Of a stretch of DNA of 28,687 nucleotides, positions 1 through 8,348 are shown piece by piece. Both the position numbers and the translations under genes were made by a program. Source of the stretch: a virus (taxonomy: Duplodnaviria > Heunggongvirae > Uroviricota > Caudoviricetes); IMG/VR virus record IMGVR_UViG_3300046820_000635. One strand, given 5' to 3'. The notes under the pieces were generated by a model that searched no databases, was not told where the DNA came from, and was given only the letters and a program-made list of their open reading frames with translations. Position 1 is the first letter of the stretch, and each line of letters starts with the position of its first letter.

Positions 1-177
1 TTCACGAGTATACCAAACCTGCTCCATACATTCTTTCACAATCAACTCGGCGAACTTTTCCAAACTATCGGGAGGGTCAAAAGTAATGTATGCTTCTGGA
101 TTGACAGTATCATTTTCCAGTCGTTGCCAGAACTCTCCCCCAGCTTTGATGGCAAGTTTTTTGATTTGTTCGTTCAT
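1..177 (-). CDS. Hypothetical phage protein, 3'-truncated by the window edge (MNEQIKKLAIKAG...EKFAELIVKEC)
   Basis: ATG at 177 overlaps the TGA of the upstream ORF (ATGA). The frame is open for 59 codons to the window edge. The EKFAELIVxEC motif resembles a common small phage protein family. Confidence 0.75.
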   Translation of the reverse strand, partial: MNEQIKKLAIKAGGEFWQRLENDTVNPEAYITFDPPDSLEKFAELIVKECMEQVWYTRE

Positions 178-413
178 CACTTGCCCCATATAAGAAGGAA
201 TCGCCAAATGACTAGTTCATAACAGGTCTGTCCCTTCATGTTTCGAACCTTGCCGATATGAAAATAGTTTGTCTTTTCGGTTTCTCGATCAGTAATCCAG
301 GTCCAGTTTTCGTTGGCCCAGTTGAATGAGAAAAGATAACCAAATATGCTTAGATATTTGGGTTGATTAGGACTTGGGTAAGTGTTAAAATACTTACGTG
401 CTCGTTCACTCAT
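177..413 (-). CDS. Hypothetical protein (78 aa)
   Basis: ORF track; AAAGG SD-like sequence upstream; directly downstream of a consensus sigma70 promoter. Confidence 0.75.
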   Translation of the reverse strand: MSERARKYFNTYPSPNQPKYLSIFGYLFSFNWANENWTWITDRETEKTNYFHIGKVRNMKGQTCYELVIWRFLLIWGK

Positions 414-440
414 AGTATACCTTTCTGTGTGTGTCTGTAT

Positions 441-469
441 ATTATACAGCCAAATATAACTTATGTCAA
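441..469 (-). promoter_or_regulatory. sigma70 promoter TTGACA-17-TATAAT
   Basis: Minus strand: -35 TTGACA at 469-464, 17-nt spacer, -10 TATAAT at 446-441. Perfect consensus. Confidence 0.9.
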
Positions 470-898
470 GATTGAGTCTACAAGAGCCTTAAGCTCGTCT
501 TTGGTAATACCATTAGATTGAGCTAGGTTCTTCATAGTTTCGATAGCTTGCTTACGCTGGCGTTCGGCAGCATTGGCAGCTCGAAGTTCTGCTTCAATAA
601 CTTTTCTAGCTTCGCGCTCTTTCTTGGCTTCTTCAGCAAGCCGAGCCTTCTCTAAGCGAGCAGCGAATTCGCTGTCTGTTTCAAGACGTTTAGCTACAGC
701 AACACATTCGCCGTAGCTGTCCATTGTAAGGGTAATTTTAGCACCGTACAAGAACTCTGCTTCGTTAAGTTTCAAACGATAGTCTTCCAATGCAGCAGCA
801 GCATCGCGGATTTCTTTACCGTGAAGCAGTTTACGCAAGGGAACACGCTTGCGGTCAACCTCTACCATTTTACGCTTTTGTTGATTTGCAGTAGTCAT
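461..898 (-). CDS. Hypothetical protein with a coiled-coil C-terminus (145 aa)
   Basis: ORF track; Ala/Glu/Lys/Arg-rich helical C-terminal half; tightly packed with neighbours. Confidence 0.8.
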   Translation of the reverse strand: MTTANQQKRKMVEVDRKRVPLRKLLHGKEIRDAAAALEDYRLKLNEAEFLYGAKITLTMDSYGECVAVAKRLETDSEFAARLEKARLAEEAKKEREARKVIEAELRAANAAERQRKQAIETMKNLAQSNGITKDELKALVDSILT

Positions 899-899
899 G

Positions 900-1121
900 T
901 TAGTTAACTATAACAGTGAATGGACTTATAGTATAAATCCAATACCAATAAAGAACAACTAAAAACCCTGCAATAGTTGCGGTTATTCTAACAGAAATAG
1001 AGTTATAAGCTCCACCGATAGTCCATTTACCCATTGACCCCACAACACCGAGTATAAGCCACACTACAGAAAGTTGTAATCCGATAATAACAAGGACTAG
1101 CCAACCGAAGATTTCGAGCAT
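900..1121 (-). CDS. Small membrane protein (73 aa, 2 predicted TM segments)
   Basis: Two hydrophobic stretches; start codon overlaps the upstream stop (TAATG). Confidence 0.75.
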   Translation of the reverse strand: MLEIFGWLVLVIIGLQLSVVWLILGVVGSMGKWTIGGAYNSISVRITATIAGFLVVLYWYWIYTISPFTVIVN

Positions 1122-1357
1122 TACTGACCTTTCAGCTCTTTCATCACCATTTCTTTAGCACGTCGATCTAATTCTGCTTCTTCAGCTTGAATCATTTTCC
1201 ATGCCATCAGTTCCATGTATTCGGCAACAGCCTGTTTACCTGCATCAGTAAAATGACTGTAGTCTCTGCCTACACTGCTTTTGTAGTACAAGTCGCGATT
1301 GTTAATCATTTCCATCAACCCGCCGTAGGTCAGATCTTTTACAGCCCTTTTATCCAT
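1121..1357 (-). CDS. Hypothetical protein (78 aa, MDKRAVKDLTYGG...)
   Basis: Start re-called at ATG 1357, just past the ligase TAA (1361-1359). The longer 1642 start would overlap the ligase by about 280 nt. Confidence 0.75.
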   Translation of the reverse strand: MDKRAVKDLTYGGLMEMINNRDLYYKSSVGRDYSHFTDAGKQAVAEYMELMAWKMIQAEEAELDRRAKEMVMKELKGQ

Positions 1358-1358
1358 C

Positions 1359-2699
1359 TTAGATTTTCTCACCTTTTGTAAAACCGCGGAATCGGAGGAA
1401 CCTGGGGAAACGTAGCGACCACTCATCCTCGCTATCCTGGCTCCGAGTCGCAGCGTCCGCGCGGACTTCGACCACTTGTCCGACCATACTTGTTGGATCA
1501 GTTTGATAGCTAGCCCAAAACTCTTTCCGCTGATCGTCTGTGAATCCGGAACCAACATTGACCACGATGCGTTTACCATCGTCTGTACCTTCGCATACAA
1601 GAGCACCAAGACGTCCTTCATTTTTACCTGTTCCTTCTTCAACTGCTGTTACTGTAAGACTTACTTCAATGAATGGCTTTTGTTTTAACCAGCTTGCACT
1701 ACGCTTACATTCATAAGGTGCATCGACATCTTTGATCATGATACCCTCGTAGCCTTCGGCAATCATTTTTTTATTGAAGTCCTGGAACTCGATCTTGCCA
1801 ACCATAGTATCCAGATCGACTTCAATCCAATCAACAAGTTCCATGCAGCCGCTGTCAGCAATAATGTTACCAAAGTTAGACTTTAGGAAGTTCAGTCGTC
1901 GACGTTGCCCCATAGAACTCTGTCCTTCTTTGAACTCTGCAAGTGGAATGATATCAAAGATATTGAGCACAGCATCGCCAGCAGCTACATTGTCTTTACG
2001 ATGTACCTGCTTCATAAGATCTTGAAAACTGTTACTTATAATCTCGCCGTCAATAACATAACTGCGACCCCAGTTATCCATTTGGGATTCGATGTAGTCT
2101 GTAACATGCTTAAAGTTTTCAAGCACCTTGCCATTGCGTGTGTACATGACAACAGTGCGTGACTCAAAGTCAACTACAGTGAGGCAACGTACACCGTCGA
2201 GTTTCTTTTGCAGAATCTTCTTTCCTGCAATCTTTTTCTCGTGATTGGCACCATCGTGTGCTAGCATACATTCAAAGACTGGTACACTGTATTTGTCCAG
2301 TTTAAGTTTCTTTGCAACCTTGTTGACTGTAGGTTCGCTAACTCCGCAACGCAGATCCTTAATAAGGATACGGCGATAAAAACCGTTCCACTGCGTGTCA
2401 GTGGCTACACTCATTGCTAATAAAATAGCATCACGAGCAGCATGACCAGTAAGCTCACGACGGTAAAGGCTCTCTGCCAGTTGTTTAAAGTTATCCCAAG
2501 TAAGTCCTTGTCCACCTTTTTCTTCCTTGATAGGAACCTGCTTAACGCCGAAGGTGTAGAGGTTATCTAAACACATGCGAACGCCTTCGAAAAACTCATC
2601 TAAGTTTTCCAACATTGCGGCTTCGATGATTTGTTCTTTGTTGATACGACTAGAGTGAATTTCTAGATCGCTGATAACTCGTTCTGGTTGTGTACGCAC
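1359..2699 (-). CDS. lig: ATP-dependent DNA ligase
   Basis: Motif I KLDGVR, motif III DGEI, motif IV EGIMIK, motif V WLKQKP, and an OB-fold C-terminus with LRFPRF. AAGGAG SD upstream of a GTG start. Confidence 0.95.
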   Translation of the reverse strand: MRTQPERVISDLEIHSSRINKEQIIEAAMLENLDEFFEGVRMCLDNLYTFGVKQVPIKEEKGGQGLTWDNFKQLAESLYRRELTGHAARDAILLAMSVATDTQWNGFYRRILIKDLRCGVSEPTVNKVAKKLKLDKYSVPVFECMLAHDGANHEKKIAGKKILQKKLDGVRCLTVVDFESRTVVMYTRNGKVLENFKHVTDYIESQMDNWGRSYVIDGEIISNSFQDLMKQVHRKDNVAAGDAVLNIFDIIPLAEFKEGQSSMGQRRRLNFLKSNFGNIIADSGCMELVDWIEVDLDTMVGKIEFQDFNKKMIAEGYEGIMIKDVDAPYECKRSASWLKQKPFIEVSLTVTAVEEGTGKNEGRLGALVCEGTDDGKRIVVNVGSGFTDDQRKEFWASYQTDPTSMVGQVVEVRADAATRSQDSEDEWSLRFPRFLRFRGFTKGEKI

Positions 2700-2727
2700 A
2701 AAGGCTCCTTTTGATTACTATATATAG

Positions 2728-2756
2728 ACTATAGCATCAAAAGGACCATTTGTCAA
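2728..2756 (-). promoter_or_regulatory. sigma70 promoter for the ligase: TTGACA-17-TATAGT with extended TG
   Basis: -35 TTGACA at 2756-2751, 17-nt spacer ending TGC, -10 TATAGT at 2733-2728. Confidence 0.85.
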
Positions 2757-3670
2757 CTTATATCTACAAACTTCGATAGATCTACACTAACGGGACTACA
2801 AGATGAGCTGTATAACAGTATCTCTTTAGCAGACTTTGCAGCCTTTTTACCCTGCTCGTCTGTTGATCTTCGTCCAGCTGTATAGGTAACATCATAGTAT
2901 TCTATTTCAAGCTGTGCTTTGTTTTTAGTATAGAAATCGTCACCTGCATCTCTATTACAATAAAAAGCAATGTGACCGTTAGTGTCCGCTAACTTACAGA
3001 AATCGATAAGTTCAAGATGTTTGGTGTCATCAAAGCTCTGTCCATATTGAGTGAAGCTGTCACGATAAGGAGGATCCATAAAGTAAAATGCTCTGCCTTC
3101 TATTTGATCACAACAGTCTTTCCAGTTACCGCAGTGTATGTCTACCTTTTGAAGGAATACATTCCACTCCAATACATTATCCTTGTCGTAGCATTTGGTA
3201 GTTTGATTCAACAGACCACTTGGTGTAGCAAATCTGCCATTACTGGTTTGATTAACCTGCCAAATACCATTAAAGCCAGTCTTCATTAAAAAATACAGTG
3301 TTGCTGACTCTTCAGTGGGAGACCATTGAGTCCAGTTTGTTGTGTACTCTGTTCTTAACTGATAATAAAAGGCTTTTCTATCTGCTTTTACCATTGGTAG
3401 GTATTGTGATTCTAGGCTGTTCATCCTGTTCATAAAAGTCTGTACATCATTCTTGATTGCATGATAAACACCCACAATCTCGGGATTGATGTCATTCATA
3501 ACAAACTTTTTGATATTAGGATTATTCAAATACATATGAACCATCATAGCACCACCACCGAAGAATGGTTCTACAAATGTATCATAGCCTGTATAGGGTA
3601 TTCCGGGGCTGTTTTGATACTTTGGTATCATCTTGCTTTTGCCGCCTGCCCAAATGTAAAGTGGTTTCAT
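2753..3670 (-). CDS. DNA adenine methyltransferase, Dam/D12 class (specificity unknown)
   Basis: WAGGKSK, FVEPFFGGGA SAM-binding motif, NDIN, and catalytic DPPY. Confidence 0.92.
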   Translation of the reverse strand: MKPLYIWAGGKSKMIPKYQNSPGIPYTGYDTFVEPFFGGGAMMVHMYLNNPNIKKFVMNDINPEIVGVYHAIKNDVQTFMNRMNSLESQYLPMVKADRKAFYYQLRTEYTTNWTQWSPTEESATLYFLMKTGFNGIWQVNQTSNGRFATPSGLLNQTTKCYDKDNVLEWNVFLQKVDIHCGNWKDCCDQIEGRAFYFMDPPYRDSFTQYGQSFDDTKHLELIDFCKLADTNGHIAFYCNRDAGDDFYTKNKAQLEIEYYDVTYTAGRRSTDEQGKKAAKSAKEILLYSSSCSPVSVDLSKFVDIS

Positions 3671-4557
3671 TCTGCCTTCTTTTTAGCTAATGATATATTT
3701 ACATAACCATCTGGCACAGCCTGCGTATCTCGGACTCTGTCCATTTTAGATTTAAACTTAACCCATGATTCGTCTATATTGTTTGTATCAAAAATATTCA
3801 TCATGTCTAGGCTAGTTGGATCAATAACAACGATACTATGCCATTGATCAATAGTCTTGTACCATTGAAGAACCTGCTTGCCTAAAGTCCAGTTAAAGTG
3901 ATTCAATGAACTATAGTCGCTAGCAATCTCTTCTGACAAGACTGTTACATTATTGCCCGGATATAGTTCAGTAAAGTAGTTTGCATAGATCTGCTTTACT
4001 TCATCGTTGCTGAACTGAGATAGATACGCTGCATGTTTATAATGAGATTTGGCGATTCCCGGTTTGTAACCTTGAAAGTATTTTTGATTCAGTTTATCAA
4101 TAATACCTTTTTCAGTAACGCCTGTTTCTACAGGCTTTAGACTTGCACCATTTTCTTTTACTTCTCTCTTACCACCTAGGCAGTATCCGTCACCGCTGGT
4201 AGCAAATGTCCAACCTTCGATGATCAAAGGCAATACCATTTCTCCTACGCCAATGCCCTTACCCTTACTCTGTACCAGCGTGGGCAGCATTGATGAAAAT
4301 GTTTGATTTTCTTTTAGTGCAGGAGAGATTAAGTCTTTGAGATTGCAGGTAAAGTTAGTATTCATTTTGGTGCTAGGCACCATGAGAGAATCATCGGATA
4401 GTATATTGAATAGCTCTTCAGGGTTACTCTCGGAATACCACCATGCATAGACCTTGAAGTCGTCACAGAATCTATTAGCTGCGATATGTTGTGAAGGGTA
4501 AAGCTGTCTTTTAGTCAGAAGCTCGTTGCATTTTTGTTCGAACTCATTTTTGTCCAT
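3667..4557 (-). CDS. Putative PD-(D/E)xK (restriction-like) endonuclease, 296 aa
   Basis: GKGIGVGEM...GDG(x7)EVK fits an E...D...ExK nuclease core. Its TGA overlaps the methyltransferase ATG (ATGA). Confidence 0.5.
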   Translation of the reverse strand: MDKNEFEQKCNELLTKRQLYPSQHIAANRFCDDFKVYAWWYSESNPEELFNILSDDSLMVPSTKMNTNFTCNLKDLISPALKENQTFSSMLPTLVQSKGKGIGVGEMVLPLIIEGWTFATSGDGYCLGGKREVKENGASLKPVETGVTEKGIIDKLNQKYFQGYKPGIAKSHYKHAAYLSQFSNDEVKQIYANYFTELYPGNNVTVLSEEIASDYSSLNHFNWTLGKQVLQWYKTIDQWHSIVVIDPTSLDMMNIFDTNNIDESWVKFKSKMDRVRDTQAVPDGYVNISLAKKKAE

Positions 4558-4562
4558 GTAAT

Positions 4563-4601
4563 AAAAAAACCTCTAATACAGTATTTTAGCATTAGAGGTT
4601 T
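4563..4601 (-). terminator. 11-bp inverted repeat plus U-tract; probable intrinsic terminator after the HNH gene, enclosing a promoter -10
   Basis: AAACCTCTAAT (4567-4577) pairs with ATTAGAGGTTT (4591-4601), 13-nt loop, followed on the minus strand by a T run. Confidence 0.6.
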
Positions 4602-4611
4602 CTTATTACAA
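4583..4611 (-). promoter_or_regulatory. sigma70 promoter TTGTAA-17-TAAAAT (extended TG) for the nuclease-methylase pair
   Basis: -35 at 4611-4606, -10 at 4588-4583. The context TGCTAAAATAC is identical to that of the promoter at 5185-5213. Confidence 0.7.
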
Positions 4612-4615
4612 TACC

Positions 4616-5125
4616 TTACTCGAGATAGTTCGCCCAACTTGGGTGTTGCAAGTGAAAACCTCGCTTCTTGCGCTTTTCAACAAGCTCCCAGAAATGAGGC
4701 TTGTATGGTGTACGTGATGGCTTCATCTTGGTAGATGCTGCCTTCTTGTAGTTGCAGGGCTTGCAGGCCGTAGCACTATTTTCCCAAGTGGTCTTACCTC
4801 CTTGTGAAACAGGATGTACATGGTCTAGTGTTGCAGTAGCATCATTAACTGTGGTGCCGCAATACTGACATACATACTCGTCTCGCAAGAATATATTACG
4901 CTTGCTTAGTCGCATGGTGCTCTTAGGCTTTTGATATTCCTTGAGCATGATAACCGCAGGCACGGGCGTAGACCAGTTGGCCGAATTAACGATCCAGTCT
5001 TCGTGCCACTCTAGTACCTCGATCTTATCTAGAACGAGATAGCGAATGGCTTCTTGCCAATCCACAATGGATAAAGGCAAAAGGCTTACAGGTGCCATGT
5101 CTGCGTTCAATAATAGTGTGCTCAT
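4616..5125 (-). CDS. HNH endonuclease family protein
   Basis: RNIFLRDEYVCQYCG, TLDHVHPVSQGG, CKPCNYKK: HNH motif with two CxxC Zn pairs. Confidence 0.92.
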   Translation of the reverse strand: MSTLLLNADMAPVSLLPLSIVDWQEAIRYLVLDKIEVLEWHEDWIVNSANWSTPVPAVIMLKEYQKPKSTMRLSKRNIFLRDEYVCQYCGTTVNDATATLDHVHPVSQGGKTTWENSATACKPCNYKKAASTKMKPSRTPYKPHFWELVEKRKKRGFHLQHPSWANYLE

Positions 5126-5150
5126 TTTAATCTACTTCTTCATAGATAAG

Positions 5151-5156
5151 TATTTA
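5151..5156 (-). promoter_or_regulatory. TAAATA late-type promoter box (HNH gene)
   Basis: One of many intergenic TAAATA boxes oriented toward a downstream gene. Confidence 0.6.
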
Positions 5157-5184
5157 ACAAAAATCCATTATATGATCACTTTAC

Positions 5185-5213
5185 TTGAAAAGCAAGAACA
5201 TTTTTGCTAAAAT
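5185..5213 (+). promoter_or_regulatory. sigma70 promoter TTGAAA-17-TAAAAT (extended TG); probably leaderless transcript
   Basis: -35 at 5185-5190, -10 at 5208-5213; ATG only 5 nt downstream, with no SD. Confidence 0.75.
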
Positions 5214-5218
5214 ACAAT

Positions 5219-6121
5219 ATGAAACGCATTCTGATAACAGGCATTGATGGATTTTTTGGAAGAAACCTAGTTGATGCATGGATAAACAAGTATGAACTGA
5301 TTGGTATAGATCTTCCTCCACAACTGTTTGATCAAGAAAATACAGCATGGCATCACAGTATCAATCATATTGATATTCGAGAAGATCCTAGATATTATAA
5401 AGAAATACTAGACGGGGTTGATACTGTAATACATTGTGCTGCAAAAACTAGAATAAATCCCAGTTGGAAAGACTATGCTGACTATTATTCTACCAATATT
5501 ACAGGCAGTCAGAATCTCTTAAAGATCTCTCAGGAGATGGGTGTACAGCGGTTTGTTCACTTTAGCAGCAGCAGTGTCTATGGCAACAGTCTAAAGCAAA
5601 TGTCGGAGAGTGATGCACTTGCTCCAACAAATCCCTATGCTATCAGTAAACTAGCAGCCGAAATGGCATTACGAACTCAGGCACAGATAGGTAATACTGA
5701 ATTACTAATAGTTAGACCCTTTACCATGTATGGGGAACACATGAACTTTGGCATGTACAGTTTAGCCATAGCCAAGTTCATCAAGGCCTGCATCAAAGAT
5801 GAGCCTATTCTATTAGAAGGTGGCGGAACACAGTACAGAGATTTTATACATGCATCGGATGCAATACAGGCTCTGGAGTTGATTTTGGAAAACGGACAAG
5901 CTGGAGAAACCTATAACATAGGCACTGGCAATCACATTACTATTAAAGAATTAGCAGACATAGCAACAAACAAGCAGATAGTAACAGATCATCGTTTGGG
6001 GCCAGTTTATGGCACATGGGCAGATATTTCAAAGATTACAGCTTTTGGATTCAAGCCTACCATAAAGGTAGAGCAATGGTTGACTGAACAGATTAAAAAC
6101 ATTAAACTGAATGCTTTATAA
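5219..6121 (+). CDS. NAD-dependent epimerase/dehydratase (extended SDR)
   Basis: GIDGFFG Rossmann motif, SSSSVYG, YAISK catalytic YxxxK, RDFIHASD, YNIGTG. Start re-called at ATG 5219. Confidence 0.92.
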   Translation: MKRILITGIDGFFGRNLVDAWINKYELIGIDLPPQLFDQENTAWHHSINHIDIREDPRYYKEILDGVDTVIHCAAKTRINPSWKDYADYYSTNITGSQNLLKISQEMGVQRFVHFSSSSVYGNSLKQMSESDALAPTNPYAISKLAAEMALRTQAQIGNTELLIVRPFTMYGEHMNFGMYSLAIAKFIKACIKDEPILLEGGGTQYRDFIHASDAIQALELILENGQAGETYNIGTGNHITIKELADIATNKQIVTDHRLGPVYGTWADISKITAFGFKPTIKVEQWLTEQIKNIKLNAL

Positions 6122-6136
6122 CCTAAAGGAAAGTTA

Positions 6137-6757
6137 ATGAGTTTGATTCCAATGGTGGTTGAATCCACAAGTAAAGGTGAGCGTGCCTATGATATCTACA
6201 GTCGTTTGTTGAAAGAACGCATTGTAATGTTAAATGGACCTGTGGAAGACATGATGGCTAATACTATCGTTGCTCAGCTATTGTTCCTTGAGTCAGAGAA
6301 TCCGGACAAAGACATCAGCCTGTTTATCAATAGTCTCGGGGGAGCAGTTACCGCAGGATTGGCTATCTACGATACGATGCAGTTTATTCGTCCCGATGTT
6401 GCAACCTATGTTATGGGTCAAGCCTGCTCGATGGGCAGTTTCCTAGCACAAGCAGGCGCCAAAGGCAAGCGATTTGTACTACCAGAAGCCCGTACGATGA
6501 TCCATCGTGTAAGTTCTGGTACCCCGGGCACACGCGGTAGTGTTCACGTACAGGATCTACAGTTTGAAGATGCTAAACGTGCGTTCGAAGAAAGCAAACG
6601 CATCAATGAACGTCTGACACAGCTTTATGTACGTCACAATACAGCAGGCAAGACCTATGAAGAACTGTTTGAAACTATGAAGTTTGATACATTCCTGTCA
6701 GCTGAAGAAGCAGTTAAATATGGACTAGCCGATAAAGTTATTGAGAATCGACCATAA
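6137..6757 (+). CDS. clpP: ATP-dependent Clp protease proteolytic subunit
   Basis: [22 protein letters not shown], catalytic Ser in ACSMGS, His in [13 protein letters not shown]. Confidence 0.95.
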   Translation: MSLIPMVVESTSKGERAYDIYSRLLKERIVMLNGPVEDMMANTIVAQLLFLESENPDKDISLFINSLGGAVTAGLAIYDTMQFIRPDVATYVMGQACSMGSFLAQAGAKGKRFVLPEARTMIHRVSSGTPGTRGSVHVQDLQFEDAKRAFEESKRINERLTQLYVRHNTAGKTYEELFETMKFDTFLSAEEAVKYGLADKVIENRP

Positions 6758-7143
6758 TGGAATACGAAACAGGTAAGATTGACAAGGGCTGGGGATTTGA
6801 ACTGGCCTTTGCCAACAACGAAATGTACAGCGGCAAGCTATTGGTGTTTGAACGTGCGGGTGCAAAGACCAGTATGATGTTTCACAAGGAACGTTCTAAG
6901 ACTTGGTTCATTAACGAAGGTAAGTTTAAACTTACCTATATTGAGACAGTATCGGGTAAGGTATTAGAACATGTGCTTGAAGCAGGTGCAACAACTACTA
7001 TTTCTAAAATGAGTCCGCATCAAATAGAAGCACTGGAACCTAACTCAATCATCTTTGAAGTAGGCACAGGTGACGTTGGTAATACAGATCGTATTAGACT
7101 TGCACCTGGTGATACTCAAACGCAGACACTAGAGCAGCAATAA
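6757..7143 (+). CDS. Cupin-fold protein (mannose-6-phosphate-isomerase-like phage family)
   Basis: [17 protein letters not shown] pattern and a PHQIEALE second cupin motif; TAATG overlap with clpP. Confidence 0.7.
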   Translation: MEYETGKIDKGWGFELAFANNEMYSGKLLVFERAGAKTSMMFHKERSKTWFINEGKFKLTYIETVSGKVLEHVLEAGATTTISKMSPHQIEALEPNSIIFEVGTGDVGNTDRIRLAPGDTQTQTLEQQ

Positions 7144-8305
7144 GATCCTCGATCATTCCATCATCGTGTAACGGAGTAGGTACTAAACGTAACCGCTCCG
7201 TTCCCACATCAACTGTTGGAAAGTTTATCGCTTGGCAATAAATGTTATGTTCGTTCAATAGTGTATCGCTAATAGCCTTACACTTTTTAGCATCTCCTAC
7301 AAGCACTGGAACAATATGAGTAGTAGAACAATTCATTACGTGAATTCCATTCTTCTCTAATCTATGCTTTAACTTTCGAGCACGTTCTTGATGTTTCTCT
7401 CGTAGCTCGTTATGCTCTTTTAGATATTTGACAGCAGCAAGGGCGCCTGCACAGGTTACAGGGCTCATACTTGTTGTAAAAATGAATCCAGCAGCAACAC
7501 TGCGGATAGCATCTACAATATCTTTATCGGCAGCAATATAGCCACCTTGGACTCCGAAAGCTTTGCCTAGGGTACCATTGACTATGTCGACCCTATCTTG
7601 TAAGCCTAGCTCTTCTAGCTTACCACCGCCATGTTCTCCGTAGAGTCCTACTGCATGTACTTCGTCAATGTAGGTCATTGCTCCATACTTATCTGCTAGA
7701 TCGCATATCTCTTTGATGTGTCCTACATCACCGTCCATACTGTATACACTTTCAAAAACAATACACGGTACCTTGTTACACAGTTGAGCAGCTTTCAAAC
7801 AGTCTTCTAAGTTATCCATGTCGTTGTGTCTGAATACTTGTTTGCTTGCACGACTGTGACTCATACCAACAATTAAACTATTATGATTCTTACTGTCACT
7901 GATAAACTCAATATCTGGAATAATTTTAGCCAGTGAAATCAAAGTCCATTCATTCGCAACATAAGCACTGCTAAACAATAGAGAACCGCTCTTGCCATGC
8001 AACTGTGCAAGTTCGTATTCTAGGGCAACATGATAATGACTGGTACCTGCAATGTTACGTGTGCCACCTGATCCCGCCCCAGTCATGTCTAGGGCAGTAT
8101 GCATAGCATCTAGAACTACTTTGTTTTGGCCCATGCCTAGATAATCGTTTGAACACCAGTTTGTAATGTTCTTGATAGCGTAAGGCCCGTACCAAATGGC
8201 CTGAGGAAACTTACCATTTTCACGCAGAATATCGTTAAACACACGATATTTGCCTGTGTCTTTTAGATTTTTGATTAGGTCTGTAAAGGGTTTCTTGTTG
8301 ATCAT
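7094..8305 (-). CDS. hemA: 5-aminolevulinate synthase (PLP-dependent, Shemin/C4 pathway), 403 aa
   Basis: [51 protein letters not shown] (PLP lysine). Start re-called at ATG 8305. Confidence 0.92.
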   Translation of the reverse strand: MINKKPFTDLIKNLKDTGKYRVFNDILRENGKFPQAIWYGPYAIKNITNWCSNDYLGMGQNKVVLDAMHTALDMTGAGSGGTRNIAGTSHYHVALEYELAQLHGKSGSLLFSSAYVANEWTLISLAKIIPDIEFISDSKNHNSLIVGMSHSRASKQVFRHNDMDNLEDCLKAAQLCNKVPCIVFESVYSMDGDVGHIKEICDLADKYGAMTYIDEVHAVGLYGEHGGGKLEELGLQDRVDIVNGTLGKAFGVQGGYIAADKDIVDAIRSVAAGFIFTTSMSPVTCAGALAAVKYLKEHNELREKHQERARKLKHRLEKNGIHVMNCSTTHIVPVLVGDAKKCKAISDTLLNEHNIYCQAINFPTVDVGTERLRLVPTPLHDDGMIEDLIAALVSAFEYHQVQV

Positions 8306-8313
8306 AGTACGCA

Positions 8314-8329
8314 TATTTAAGCATAAATA
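8314..8329. promoter_or_regulatory. Back-to-back divergent TAAATA boxes (minus 8319-8314 for hemA; plus 8324-8329 for the 8349 operon)
   Basis: Sequence tatttaAGCAtaaata lies between divergent genes. Confidence 0.7.
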
Positions 8330-8348
8330 TTCAATCGGAGATTTTATT

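Noticed and set aside
435-449. LexA SOS box (also at 24289-24303)
   Set aside because: The spacer is 7 nt, not the required 8; kept only as an unassigned palindrome.
1358-1642. N-terminal extension of ORF 1121..1642
   Set aside because: It overlaps the ligase C-terminus in another frame; ATG 1357 right after the ligase stop is the parsimonious start.
5132-5143. Tiny upstream ORF MKK-stop ahead of the HNH gene
   Set aside because: Four codons in AT-rich DNA are expected by chance; nothing else supports a leader peptide.
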